64,000 nucleotides of DNA, taken from IMG/VR virus record IMGVR_UViG_3300034356_003109. The stretch is one strand, 5' to 3'. Shown here in pieces: positions 54,769 through 64,000 of this stretch (within the stretch, counting starts at the first letter, position 1; every line of letters begins with the position of its first letter). The notes under the pieces were generated by a model. It did no database searches. It was given only the letters and a program-made list of their open reading frames with translations, and was not told where the DNA came from. The position numbers and the translations under genes are program-made. This DNA is from an uncultured virus (IMG/VR IMGVR_UViG_3300034356_003109). Its lineage: Duplodnaviria; Heunggongvirae; Uroviricota; Caudoviricetes.

Positions 54769-55446
54769 TCAAGCTTTTATCTTAAAAAGAACGTGTTTTT
54801 TGAGGACTTCTTCTTTCTGTAAAAACAAACCTCTGTTTTTAGCAAAATTTAAATAATAAAAATTGGCAATTTTGTTTTCGTTGTATTCTTGTGTCTTATA
54901 TTTTTTGATTTCGTTTCTAGAAATTTGATAATAGTAATAACAGTCTTCTTTATTTTTGCTCGATATCTTATGTTTTATAATATCTCTTTGCCAAGTGTCT
55001 AAATCTTCATAAACGAAAGAAGAACAAATAAAAGTTCCGTTTTTGTTTAACATTGATAGGATTTTGTCTATAGTTTCAGTTTGATTTTTGACATAACCTA
55101 TCATTTCAATACAAAATATATAATCAAATTTTTCATTTGTTTCGAATTTTTCAATGTCAATGCAATAACTTTTTATATTTTGTGAGTAAAGTAGTTGTTT
55201 TTCACTTATGTCTATACCATGCAATTCACAATTTTTATAATTTTTTGATAATTGATTTAATAAAAATCCATTTCCGCATCCAATATCTAAAACTTTAGAA
55301 TTACTTTTTACATCAGCAAAAGAAAAAAGCCTTATAAAGTGTTGACTGATAGACTGATCAAGTACAACAGCATTATAAGGCTGATAATTATTTTTTATTA
55401 CAGCGGCGTTTTTATCGTAAAAATTTTTGACCGCTTCGATTGACAT
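54769..55446 (-). CDS. class I SAM-dependent methyltransferase
   Basis: VLDIGCGNG, GIDIS, FDYI, L.K.G. Confidence 0.85.
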   Translation of the reverse strand: MSIEAVKNFYDKNAAVIKNNYQPYNAVVLDQSISQHFIRLFSFADVKSNSKVLDIGCGNGFLLNQLSKNYKNCELHGIDISEKQLLYSQNIKSYCIDIEKFETNEKFDYIFCIEMIGYVKNQTETIDKILSMLNKNGTFICSSFVYEDLDTWQRDIIKHKISSKNKEDCYYYYQISRNEIKKYKTQEYNENKIANFYYLNFAKNRGLFLQKEEVLKKHVLFKIKA

Positions 55447-55447
55447 T

Positions 55448-57430
55448 TTATCTAATTGGACATGCGCCACCGGCACATTCAGCCATATCTAGCATTTCAA
55501 TGTTTCCTGATAGGATGGTAATTAAAGGCTTAACTTTAGCGTTGGCCGCTAAATACGCGGCTTCGTCAATTTCTTGATATGGAGCTTGTTTGAATCCATG
55601 ATCCTTGAACAAAAGAAAGCTAACGCTCTTGATATTATTTTCGTAATTATCTTTTAGCCAAACTTTAAGAGACTCAAGTTCTTCTGGTTTGTAATAAGCA
55701 GTTACAGAAACAGCGTTATCTGACCAAATAGTTTGCAGCTTCTTAACCATATCAAGTTGCTTGATGACATCCATATCTTTTGTAAGGATAGATCCTTCAG
55801 GAGTCTTGCATGGGAAATACACAACAACGGTATCACGATTCTCAGTTCCATCAAAATTAATAATGAACTCTACATGATAACCCATGTCTTTGCATGTTTG
55901 AACGAGACTGTCAGAGCTAGACATGCGTACTGTACGCATATAATATTCACTAAAAGCTGGATGAACGCCGGGAGTAGCTCCACCAAGTAAACTTAATGTT
56001 CCGCTGGGTTTGATGGTTGTAAGCTTAATGCTTTCAGGCCAACCACGATACTTACTCCAAGACTTATCAAAGTTGCGTAGAGCAACATAACAATCATCAA
56101 GCCAATCAAGCTTATCAAGAGACTGGCACACACCAGTAACGCCAAGGCCAAGGCGCATGTTCTTGTGGACAATACGATTAGTTTCTTCGTGTATGAAAGG
56201 TAACGCAGCAATAGCCTTTTGAGTTTTATAAAGAAGTTTTGCACAGTCAATTAATTCATCTTTAGAGGTAATGTTGTTTAAATAAAGTTCAGAAAGATTG
56301 CAGCACTCATAATTTGCAAGGCTGATTTCAGCGCATGGATTTGTCATTTCACAATTATCTACATCTGTTGGATATAGAAGATTTTCAGAAATTGGCCCAT
56401 CTTTAATGCGTCCAAATTTTTGAGAAAGAGGAAGATTAAAGAATCCATAAGGTTCACCATTTGCATAACCTGAATCTTTATTTATTTCGTATCCATTTTT
56501 CCAAACCTCTTCAAGAACGTGATCATAGCTATCCGCATAGATGGTGTTGTTGCTCATTGCTCGCCAATTTGGGACGTTGCTAGAACCCCAATTCTTGGCG
56601 CGAAGATAAAGAATATCATCAGGATCGCCTAGAGCGATTTCCGCACTGCGCCGCACATTGCCAGCGACAACAACACTGCCAATAATATTGCAGATATCCA
56701 ACACATCAATCGAGCGAAGTTTTTTGCCTTCGCGAGCTTGGAATATCTTTGTGATTTTATCGATTCCGTCAATAAGGATTTGTGGACCACTAGCTTTTCC
56801 GCCAAAGCCCTTGATTGGTTCGCCGTAACCTCTGATGAGGATAGTTGAATACGAAAACGATTTACCTGTAACGTAAAAAGCATCCAGAACTTTAGAAAGT
56901 AGATTAACCCAACCTTCGCGTTTATCTGGAACAATATAATCAGCGTCTTTAGTTGCTTCATGAATAACATTTACACCTTTCTTGATCTTTGGGAGTTCGT
57001 GGACATCTTCACGACGAATACTATAACCTACACCGCCACCAAGCATTAGGTTCTCAAAGAGGAACAAAAAAGCCTTTGGCTCGCGCATTGCTGTTGCCCA
57101 GCAATTAAGAAGAGAATTCGCTCCAAAACGATCTACAGTTGAAGTGCCGAGTTGCCATAGCATTCGACCTGCAAAGTTACACTTTAAATTAAAAACGTAA
57201 TCATAAATGCGTTCTGCTTCTTCTTTTGTATATTGTGCGCCAATTTTCTGTGCGCCATTGATACAACGTTCTACTGTTTCATTCCATTCTTCTGTCGTTC
57301 CATCTTCTTTTTGACGAGCATAAGTCCTTTTGTAGACAATATATCCAAGACCGCTAAAACCCCAGTTGGGTTGCTTGTTTTTATATTGCGCCAAAAAAGA
57401 AGGAGACAGAATATTTAAATTATCGCTCAT
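55448..57430 (-). CDS. nrdJ: class II (adenosylcobalamin) ribonucleotide reductase
   Basis: YKRTYAR, LLNC, GNVRRSA, TNPCAE, CNL, KPSGT, C-terminal CAGGACPIR. Confidence 0.92.
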   Translation of the reverse strand: MSDNLNILSPSFLAQYKNKQPNWGFSGLGYIVYKRTYARQKEDGTTEEWNETVERCINGAQKIGAQYTKEEAERIYDYVFNLKCNFAGRMLWQLGTSTVDRFGANSLLNCWATAMREPKAFLFLFENLMLGGGVGYSIRREDVHELPKIKKGVNVIHEATKDADYIVPDKREGWVNLLSKVLDAFYVTGKSFSYSTILIRGYGEPIKGFGGKASGPQILIDGIDKITKIFQAREGKKLRSIDVLDICNIIGSVVVAGNVRRSAEIALGDPDDILYLRAKNWGSSNVPNWRAMSNNTIYADSYDHVLEEVWKNGYEINKDSGYANGEPYGFFNLPLSQKFGRIKDGPISENLLYPTDVDNCEMTNPCAEISLANYECCNLSELYLNNITSKDELIDCAKLLYKTQKAIAALPFIHEETNRIVHKNMRLGLGVTGVCQSLDKLDWLDDCYVALRNFDKSWSKYRGWPESIKLTTIKPSGTLSLLGGATPGVHPAFSEYYMRTVRMSSSDSLVQTCKDMGYHVEFIINFDGTENRDTVVVYFPCKTPEGSILTKDMDVIKQLDMVKKLQTIWSDNAVSVTAYYKPEELESLKVWLKDNYENNIKSVSFLLFKDHGFKQAPYQEIDEAAYLAANAKVKPLITILSGNIEMLDMAECAGGACPIR

Positions 57431-57448
57431 GGTAAAAAGTATTATACA

Positions 57449-58504
57449 CTAGATTTTAAAAATCTCTATGTCGTACTTTACCATACGTTCTACGAGGTTG
57501 TCAAAGGAAATTTTCGGATTCCAACCTAATTCTTTTCTGGCTGGAGTCGAGTCTCCCAAAAGAAGCTCAACTTCGGCGGGCCTGTAAAATTTAGGATTAA
57601 TTTTAACTAAAATAGACGATTGAATTTCATTTTTAATGGCGTATTCAGTAGACACGCTCATCTGTTCTTCTTGTCCGCATCCATGCCAAACACCTTCGAT
57701 CCCGGCGCAAACAAAAGATTTATTAATGAATTCCCTAATTGTGTGTGTTTCGTTGCTTGAGAGAACGTAATCTTTTGGTTTTTCTTGATTCATTATTTTC
57801 CAAACGCCATCGACAAAATCTTCAGAATCCGACCAGTCTCTTTGAGCGTCTATGTTTCCGAGTTCAATTGGAGAGAATGGTTGATTGTTTTTAATAGCAT
57901 GGTGTATGCGAGCAACACCTTTGCTGATTTTTCTAGTTACAAATTCTTCTCCGCGTTTAGTTCCTTCGTGATTAAAAAGAATGCCATGCACAGCGTATAG
58001 ATTATAAGATTCACGATAAACTTTTACTAAATGGCGGGCAGCCGCTTTGCTTGCTCCGTATGGGCTTCTTGGTTTAACTGGATGAATAATGTCTTGTGGG
58101 CTGTATTGAACATCTCCAAACTCTTCACTAGATCCAGCAGAATAAAAACGACACTTTGGTTGAAAACGACGAATAGCTTCAAGGCATCTTGCTACACCAG
58201 TAGCGTTGACATCGAAAGTTTGCAAAGGTATTTCCCAACTGCATCCAACAAAACTTTGTGCGCCAAAATTAATAAAATAGTCTGGTTGAATATCTCTTAC
58301 AATATTGTCTAAACTTATAGAATCAGCAAGATCGCCATATACAAATTTAAATCTAGTATTTTTAATGAATGCATTACAATTTATAAAATTAGGATTAGAG
58401 GTTCTTCGCATCATGCCATAAATTTGAGCGTCAGTATTCTTAAGCAAATATTCGCACATGTTTGCGCCATCTTGTCCTAAAATTCCAGTTATAATTATTT
58501 TCAT
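57449..58504 (-). CDS. gmd: GDP-mannose 4,6-dehydratase
   Basis: ITGILGQDG, AQSFV..S, SSEEFG, PRSPYGASK, LFNHE, FVTRKI, RDW, RPAEV. Confidence 0.95.
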   Translation of the reverse strand: MKIIITGILGQDGANMCEYLLKNTDAQIYGMMRRTSNPNFINCNAFIKNTRFKFVYGDLADSISLDNIVRDIQPDYFINFGAQSFVGCSWEIPLQTFDVNATGVARCLEAIRRFQPKCRFYSAGSSEEFGDVQYSPQDIIHPVKPRSPYGASKAAARHLVKVYRESYNLYAVHGILFNHEGTKRGEEFVTRKISKGVARIHHAIKNNQPFSPIELGNIDAQRDWSDSEDFVDGVWKIMNQEKPKDYVLSSNETHTIREFINKSFVCAGIEGVWHGCGQEEQMSVSTEYAIKNEIQSSILVKINPKFYRPAEVELLLGDSTPARKELGWNPKISFDNLVERMVKYDIEIFKI

Positions 58505-58944
58505 ATATTTTGGTATTTTATAACGTAATCAGTGCATATTCCATAACATATTGATAGATCACCATCAAAACCTAGTTCTGGTAGTACGCAGATACTATTG
58601 GTAAATAATTTTTTATTTGGATAAGTCCAAATATATTTCTTACTTGTTAAAATCCAATCTTCAGTAGTATGCCAAAATACATTAAAATTATAATTTTTAT
58701 CATTAAGCAATTTATAAAATGCTTCGCCGTTTTTAGCATGTAACCAAAATTGAGAATCAAATAAAAAATTATATTTTATTTCGTATGTAGGATTATCATG
58801 CCCTAAATACCATTTATCATTTATATGCCAAATATCAATTTCAACATCGTATCCTATACCTAATGCATCATTGATATAATCTGGATGATTTTCTTTATCT
58901 TCATTAGGCCCATCTACATTACCTCTATGAGAAATAAATTTCAT
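58501..58944 (-). CDS. GDPD/PLC-like phosphodiesterase-fold protein
   Basis: ISHRGN, EN, VEIDIW, LGHD, HAKN, GICTD. Confidence 0.7.
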   Translation of the reverse strand: MKFISHRGNVDGPNEDKENHPDYINDALGIGYDVEIDIWHINDKWYLGHDNPTYEIKYNFLFDSQFWLHAKNGEAFYKLLNDKNYNFNVFWHTTEDWILTSKKYIWTYPNKKLFTNSICVLPELGFDGDLSICYGICTDYVIKYQNI

Positions 58945-58962
58945 AACTTTTTAGTCTGTTAA

Positions 58963-60156
58963 TTAAATTTTTCCCCATTTTTCAATAGCTTCATAATATT
59001 CATTTGAATATTTTTTAGTAATAGATTGACTCATTGCTTTTGCGCCAGCCGTTGTTCCGTTAGGATGAGAAGTTATAGCTCCGCCAACATTAGCCATCCA
59101 ATTGTTATGGCCGATTATAGAGCTGATATGATCAACTAAACCAGGATGCATTCCGCAACTTAAAGCTGGTACAGCATTCAATTGATTCATATCAGAAATA
59201 ATATTCTTCATGTTTTCTTCGTCAGTTTGCAAATATCCACCGATCATTCCAACATGAAGAGTCCCACATCCAGACATCGCGGCTAACTTGAATAGTAGTC
59301 TAGAATCTATTCTATATTGATGAGATTCAAAGTTAAGAACTCTATCTCCACTCTTCTGGAAATGAATCAATAAAGGTAAATTCAATTCTCGTAAAGACTT
59401 ATAAACACCCATTCCACAATGAAAATTAGTATGAATTCCATTTCCACCTAAATCATGAACAAGTTTAGCTTTGTTTAAAATAAAAGCAGGATCAGAATGA
59501 AGAGAAACGCAATAAAAAGTTTTGTATCCTCCGTCTCTAATTAAATTAGAGACTAGGTCAATTCTTTTTTCAAAACCACAGTGAGCGGCTGAACATAAAA
59601 TTTCGTCTTCTTTTATGAAATTGCATCCGCCATCTAGTAATTTTTTTACTAGTTCTAAATGTTTTTCTGCTGAAAGCCCTATCTTGGGCTTTGTTATTCC
59701 GCCAAAAATAACTTGATTATCTGGAATTCCGCAATGATTTCTTATTTCTTTAAGCCCTATTTTAGGGCCAAGAAAACAGTTTTTCATTTTAGGCGTGAAT
59801 TCAATGTCTAATAGATGGCAAGCTTGAACTTCATCAATGTCACATTGACCGCCCATAACCTGAACTAAAAGATGAGAAATACCATCTTCTTTAAAATTGA
59901 TATTGCTTTCTGGAAAAGCTACGCAAACAATTCCTTCTTTTTTCTTCTTAAGTTCTATTTCATCGCCAAGAATCAAACAACTATGTTTCTCAAACATCTC
60001 TTCTGTTTCCATTTCGGCTCTGCATTTAGGATTACCAATTGATTGACCAACAGCTAAATTAAATGCTGCGTCAGCTACTGAGGTTTTTCCTTGTAAGAAA
60101 TATTTTACAATAAAATAGTCTTCTTTATTAACGGATGTTACGAATAAGTTTTTCAT
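58963..60156 (-). CDS. RuBisCO-like protein (form IV)
   Basis: GPKIG, GGITKPKIGLS, GGCNFIKEDE, LHVG, PALSCGMH, VGGAI.SHP.G..AGA.A. Confidence 0.9.
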   Translation of the reverse strand: MKNLFVTSVNKEDYFIVKYFLQGKTSVADAAFNLAVGQSIGNPKCRAEMETEEMFEKHSCLILGDEIELKKKKEGIVCVAFPESNINFKEDGISHLLVQVMGGQCDIDEVQACHLLDIEFTPKMKNCFLGPKIGLKEIRNHCGIPDNQVIFGGITKPKIGLSAEKHLELVKKLLDGGCNFIKEDEILCSAAHCGFEKRIDLVSNLIRDGGYKTFYCVSLHSDPAFILNKAKLVHDLGGNGIHTNFHCGMGVYKSLRELNLPLLIHFQKSGDRVLNFESHQYRIDSRLLFKLAAMSGCGTLHVGMIGGYLQTDEENMKNIISDMNQLNAVPALSCGMHPGLVDHISSIIGHNNWMANVGGAITSHPNGTTAGAKAMSQSITKKYSNEYYEAIEKWGKI

Positions 60157-60871
60157 TGTTTGAGTGTTTTAAATATGTTTGTAAATCTTCTGGAGTTCCT
60201 ATCGGAAAATGTTCATTAAAAAAATAATGTCCTATTTTCTTTCCCTTATTTATTAAATAATTATATGATGGCGCTATATAAAATTCATTTAAAGTTCTAT
60301 CGTTTTTTTCAAACATTTCTTCACAAGAAGAAAATAAATCAGCAGCTTTTTTCCAGTAATGAAAACCGTTTGAAGCAAATTCACTAAGAACCACTTTTTC
60401 TTTAACCTCAGTGACATCGCAAAAATCGTTTAATTTTACAAAACTGTTTTTTGGAGATCTAGAAAAAAAGGTTCCAAGCAAACCGTCGTAATCGTATTTG
60501 TGAGCGTATTGTCTAAATTTTTCAACATTGTAGTTACATATAACTTGATCGCAATTTGTTAATATTAATTCTTCGTTCAGATTTATATTGTTTTTTGCTT
60601 CATATGAAGTTTTTGCGGGTCCATCTTTCAATCCATCAATAATATAGAATTCAACACGACAAGGAAGTTGAAGATTAATTATTTTTTTAGAAATAGAGAA
60701 TTTTTCTTCATGCTCTTTCAAGATGCATAAAATAAATTTATCGCTTTTTTCTTGATTCAAATTCTTAATAACAAGTTCAATCATGTAGCTTCCGTTGACA
60801 TTTATCAATGGCTTGGGTACTGGTGAATTGAATCTTTTGCCCAGTCCAGCGCATGGTATTAAATAATTCAT
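60128..60871 (-). CDS. sugar-phosphate nucleotidyltransferase
   Basis: IPCAGLGKRF...PKPLI, GPA, NCDQ, EK, EFYIAP.YN, IGTPEDL. Confidence 0.85.
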   Translation of the reverse strand: MNYLIPCAGLGKRFNSPVPKPLINVNGSYMIELVIKNLNQEKSDKFILCILKEHEEKFSISKKIINLQLPCRVEFYIIDGLKDGPAKTSYEAKNNINLNEELILTNCDQVICNYNVEKFRQYAHKYDYDGLLGTFFSRSPKNSFVKLNDFCDVTEVKEKVVLSEFASNGFHYWKKAADLFSSCEEMFEKNDRTLNEFYIAPSYNYLINKGKKIGHYFFNEHFPIGTPEDLQTYLKHSNNEKLIRNIR

Positions 60872-61197
60872 GATTTAAGTTGAAAACATCTCTTGTCTTG
60901 CGCAGATGGGGTTTTTACGCAAATAATATTACAATCTTCAAGGAAAGTTGGATCAGAAATTTCATAAGGTTCTAATATAAAAATATCGCCTTCTTCTAGA
61001 ATTTTATCTTGCATAATCATTTTTCCGCTAATTAAAAGATTTATTTCTTTAACTATCGAGTGGTAATGATATTCGCAAATTTCATTTCTTTTGTGATTTT
61101 TGAATGAGACTTCAAAATCTTTTGTTTTATAAGCAGTTGGTTCAAAATTACCTACAAACCATCCGCCTTTCATGTCTGATATTTTATACGTTTGCAT
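60868..61197 (-). CDS. cupin-fold protein
   Basis: GWFVGNF.P, HYH...E, G.M, GDIF.L.P.E. Confidence 0.75.
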   Translation of the reverse strand: MQTYKISDMKGGWFVGNFEPTAYKTKDFEVSFKNHKRNEICEYHYHSIVKEINLLISGKMIMQDKILEEGDIFILEPYEISDPTFLEDCNIICVKTPSAQDKRCFQLKS

Positions 61198-61912
61198 ATT
61201 TATTATTAATAAATACTAAATCTTCTTCTATTCCGAGTTCATTTGATATAGAGCTTACTAATTGAAAATCTTGTTTTTCTAGAAATTCAATTAATTCATT
61301 TTTTATTGTTGACTTGTCATATATTTTTGAAAGTCCAACTTCTGTATGAATAGCTTTAATATTTTTAAGATGAAAATCAAAACTCTTCAAGACTTCTAAT
61401 TCGGCACCTTGAACATCCATCCATATTAAATCAATTTGATTTATTGAATTATTTCTTAAAAAAGAATCCCCTCTTATACATTCCACTTCAATTTCTTCTT
61501 GTATATAAGATTTGCCATAATAATGATTATTATTTGCTTTATATAAGGAACTGGCTCCTATATTGCCATTAATGACTTTATGAAATTTAATATTGCCATC
61601 GATTAATCCAATTGCTTTTTCATAAAAAATTATATTATTTCTATCTTTTATATTTTTTTTGCACCATTCTGCTGTTTCTGGAATAGGTTCGAAACAATGA
61701 ATTTTAGAATTCGGAAACCAATCTGACAATTCTAAACTTTGACAAGCGTCTCTAGATCCAATATCTAAAACATGATTTATGTCTTCTAAATCTATTTTAT
61801 TTTCAATTTTTTTTATAAAATCAAATGTGTAGCTTAATACAGAACCTTCCCAGTTATTATATTTTCTTTCTTTATTTGAGGAAAATGCATTTTTATTATA
61901 TATAGTTTTCAT
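61184..61912 (-). CDS. FkbM-family methyltransferase
   Basis: LDIGS, FEP, ASS, IDLIWMDVQGAEL.VL, I.TEV. Confidence 0.88.
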   Translation of the reverse strand: MKTIYNKNAFSSNKERKYNNWEGSVLSYTFDFIKKIENKIDLEDINHVLDIGSRDACQSLELSDWFPNSKIHCFEPIPETAEWCKKNIKDRNNIIFYEKAIGLIDGNIKFHKVINGNIGASSLYKANNNHYYGKSYIQEEIEVECIRGDSFLRNNSINQIDLIWMDVQGAELEVLKSFDFHLKNIKAIHTEVGLSKIYDKSTIKNELIEFLEKQDFQLVSSISNELGIEEDLVFINNKYANV

Positions 61913-62505
61913 ATTATATGATCGATTGCTGATTTATCAGCTTTGTATGATGATAAAAATTTATTGTACTTTGTCCAAAAAATGTCATTTTCATCATTTA
62001 TTCTATTTAAAAAAAATGTAAATTCTTCATTTTTTAATTGCATTTTATAAAAATTTTCAAGTATCATCTGTTCTGCAAATGCGTAGTTCATTTTTTCGTT
62101 TTTACTCCATAGTTTTATCATTAAATCTATATCGCCAGCCATTAAATAATCGCAAATATACCCTCCTTCATGGTTATGCCAAAAGAAAAAATTAATTTTA
62201 TGGGTAAAAATATCAAGTAATTTATTTATATTTTTCGCTACATAATCACTTCTTATTTTTAAAACATTTTCAAATCCCAACTCTTTAGCTTTTAATAATC
62301 CATTCTCAGTTGTTATTTGTTGATAAAATAAATTTCCTACTCCAGAGTTTCGAGGTTTTTCATTAAAAATAACGTTATCATTTTTTAAATATTTGTTTTC
62401 ATCCCCTTTCCATGTGGAAAAAATGCAATTTTGATTTTCCGTGGATTTTTTAATTTCTTCCACTTTTACAGATGGACCTTGGATTACAATACACCATTTT
62501 TTCAT
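61909..62505 (-). CDS. WavE-like lipopolysaccharide synthesis protein
   Basis: IVIQGP, STW, N...Q..TT..GL, KIRSD, D...G, AEQ. Confidence 0.65.
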   Translation of the reverse strand: MKKWCIVIQGPSVKVEEIKKSTENQNCIFSTWKGDENKYLKNDNVIFNEKPRNSGVGNLFYQQITTENGLLKAKELGFENVLKIRSDYVAKNINKLLDIFTHKINFFFWHNHEGGYICDYLMAGDIDLMIKLWSKNEKMNYAFAEQMILENFYKMQLKNEEFTFFLNRINDENDIFWTKYNKFLSSYKADKSAIDHII

Positions 62506-63227
62506 TAAATTTTATCTCTTAGGCTGTTTGATATCTTTTTTATTTTTTCTAATTCAATTTTGTATTCTGAAAAGTTCCATTTTCCTTTTACTATTGCTGT
62601 GGCAATATAAGGCCATATATTAGAATCATAATGTCCGCCTCTTTTATTTTCATTATCGAAATGAATTAATCCTTGAATTACATTTTTTTGTGATATTTCT
62701 TGGCTTTTAATTTCTAATTCCCAAATTGAAGATTTGGGGAATAATTTTAAAAAATCAATAAATTTTTGCTTTTTCCATATCGTGGGTTGAACAGCAAAAA
62801 AATCTGAAGATCCATTTGTTATTTCATATAAACAATCTATTTCTTTGATTTTTTGTACTTTTAAATTTCCAGTTCTGCATAGTCTAATAAATGAATATTT
62901 ACTGTTAGAAAGAAAATTTATATAATCATTTATTTTTTTAAAATCCGGTTTGCTGTATAAAAACATATCTTCATGTTGATAAAATATATATTCGCTATTT
63001 ATCTTTTCTAAACATTGAATAAGTCTTTCTGAATAAATCAAAGAATCATCATATATAATATGTTGATTTTTTTCATTAAATTTTTTATTAGCAAGAATAC
63101 AAATTTCATCTTTATCAATTCCATATCTTTCTTGTTCTTCTAAGAATATTTCTAATACATCAAAGTATTCTGAATTTGTATAAACTATATCTTTAATTAT
63201 TGATTGCATGTTCATACCCATACACAC
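62505..63227 (-). CDS. putative glycosyltransferase
   Basis: Y.D, YS.RL..CL, HEDMFL, QPTIW, WELE; glycan cluster context. Confidence 0.55.
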   Translation of the reverse strand: MCMGMNMQSIIKDIVYTNSEYFDVLEIFLEEQERYGIDKDEICILANKKFNEKNQHIIYDDSLIYSERLIQCLEKINSEYIFYQHEDMFLYSKPDFKKINDYINFLSNSKYSFIRLCRTGNLKVQKIKEIDCLYEITNGSSDFFAVQPTIWKKQKFIDFLKLFPKSSIWELEIKSQEISQKNVIQGLIHFDNENKRGGHYDSNIWPYIATAIVKGKWNFSEYKIELEKIKKISNSLRDKI

Positions 63228-63904
63228 GTTCTATTTGTAAAAAATCCATTCGCATAATAATCTCTTTTAAAACCTTCAGATTGTAACCAAGGATTTAATG
63301 TTGATCCTATATCTAAGTAAATGTTTTTTTTGTTAGATTCGTAAAGTTGATGAGCTAATAAATTTCCAAAAGGTCCAGCGCAAAAAAGAAATAGTTTATT
63401 TGTAAGATTTTTTTGTTTTATTTCTTCAATTAATTTATAATTATTGACCCATGCGCTAAATCCTATAGGATAAAACTGTTCAATCTTAAACGGTAGATTA
63501 TCTATTTTTGATTTTTCATTCGCTATTAAATGGATATCATAATTTTTATATTCTTTAACAAATGTTTCTTTATAAATTTCATAATTTGAATTTACAAATA
63601 CATTTGCAAAAGTTAAATGATCATAATCTTGACCAGAAAAATTAATCATTTTTTGAGATTCGCCACCTTGACAACAAGGGCAAGATACGCCCACATAATA
63701 GTTGGGATCTTTATATTGGAAAGATTCAATTAGTTTATTTTTGAAAAAAGATGGAGTCAATGGTGTTTTTTCAAATTCTCTATTATTTAAATTAACATCA
63801 TTTATAATAGCCCATTCGCCGTCAGCATATTTAGAAAAAGAAAAAGGTGATCCTTTCTTAAAAAGATCAAATATTCTATAAATTTCTGATTCAAAGTTTT
63901 TCAT
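63212..63904 (-). CDS. GT-D fold (DUF1792-like) glycosyltransferase
   Basis: FSKYADGE, LFCAGP, LDIGS. Confidence 0.7.
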   Translation of the reverse strand: MKNFESEIYRIFDLFKKGSPFSFSKYADGEWAIINDVNLNNREFEKTPLTPSFFKNKLIESFQYKDPNYYVGVSCPCCQGGESQKMINFSGQDYDHLTFANVFVNSNYEIYKETFVKEYKNYDIHLIANEKSKIDNLPFKIEQFYPIGFSAWVNNYKLIEEIKQKNLTNKLFLFCAGPFGNLLAHQLYESNKKNIYLDIGSTLNPWLQSEGFKRDYYANGFFTNRTCVWV

Positions 63905-63998
63905 TACTGAGTATTGTTAAAATCTTTTTTGCACTTTTACCGTTTCCGTATGGACATTTCTTAGATATTAGAAAATTATTATTGATTTTCAAAAAATG
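63891..63998 (-). CDS. C-terminal end of a probable UDP-GlcNAc 2-epimerase (partial, window edge)
   Basis: Read by hand: ...KCPYGNGKSAKKILTIL..., matching the PYGDG.A..I C-terminal motif. Confidence 0.5.
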   Translation of the reverse strand, partial: HFLKINNNFLISKKCPYGNGKSAKKILTILSNEKL

Positions 63999-64000
63999 GT

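Noticed and set aside
42368..57430. Inteins or introns in DnaE, DnaB, RecA or NrdJ
   Set aside because: Protein lengths are ordinary, and no intein termini (C...HN) or LAGLIDADG inserts were seen.
58963..60156. A true CO2-fixing RuBisCO
   Set aside because: Equivalents of E60, N123, H294, R295 and K334 appear substituted, and no small subunit or phosphoribulokinase gene is present in the window.
415..62623. Numerous short plus-strand and nested ORFs in the ORF track (for example 17721..18023, 19663..20001, 24914..25276, 44387..44710)
   Set aside because: They are antisense shadows or out-of-frame overlaps of well-supported minus-strand genes.
1..64000. Bacterial chromosome origin, given dnaE, dnaB, recA, clp and gmd
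   Set aside because: rIIA/rIIB, many HNH genes, dense small hypothetical genes, divergent split replication genes and the absence of ribosomal or housekeeping operons indicate a large phage.

Overview
An AT-rich, densely packed 64 kb segment, coded almost entirely on the minus strand. It reads as part of a large (jumbo-type) dsDNA bacteriophage genome, and several genes hint at a Verrucomicrobia/PVC-type host (inference). Left to right it contains: (1) small hypothetical genes and a trypsin-like protease; (2) a tRNA cluster (Tyr, Asn, Arg, Leu, Glu, Ile-UAU, CAU, Lys, Thr) interleaved with HNH endonucleases, repeated boxA-like GTTCTTT elements and several unexplained structured RNAs, including a tRNA-like RNA with a large T-loop insert; (3) accessory genes: RuvB-like ATPase, SET domain, deaminase, ThyX, metallophosphoesterase, pilin-like protein, C5 methyltransferase, rIIA/rIIB, UvsE, a citrate-synthase-like/GNAT island and dCMP deaminase; (4) a membrane/lysis-like block with an outer-membrane beta-barrel, an ankyrin-repeat class III nucleotide cyclase and a spanin-like lipoprotein; (5) tRNA-Gln, an unusual tRNA-Ser(ACU) and dUTPase; (6) a replication module: tubulin/FtsZ-like protein, Clp ATPase, split DnaE, DEDDh exonuclease, primase, DnaB, RecA and class II RNR; (7) a glycan-biosynthesis cluster containing a RuBisCO-like (form IV) protein. 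Two promoter classes are visible: sigma70-type promoters with near-leaderless starts, and a recurrent GTGTAA motif. All calls come from reading motifs by eye; no database searches were run.
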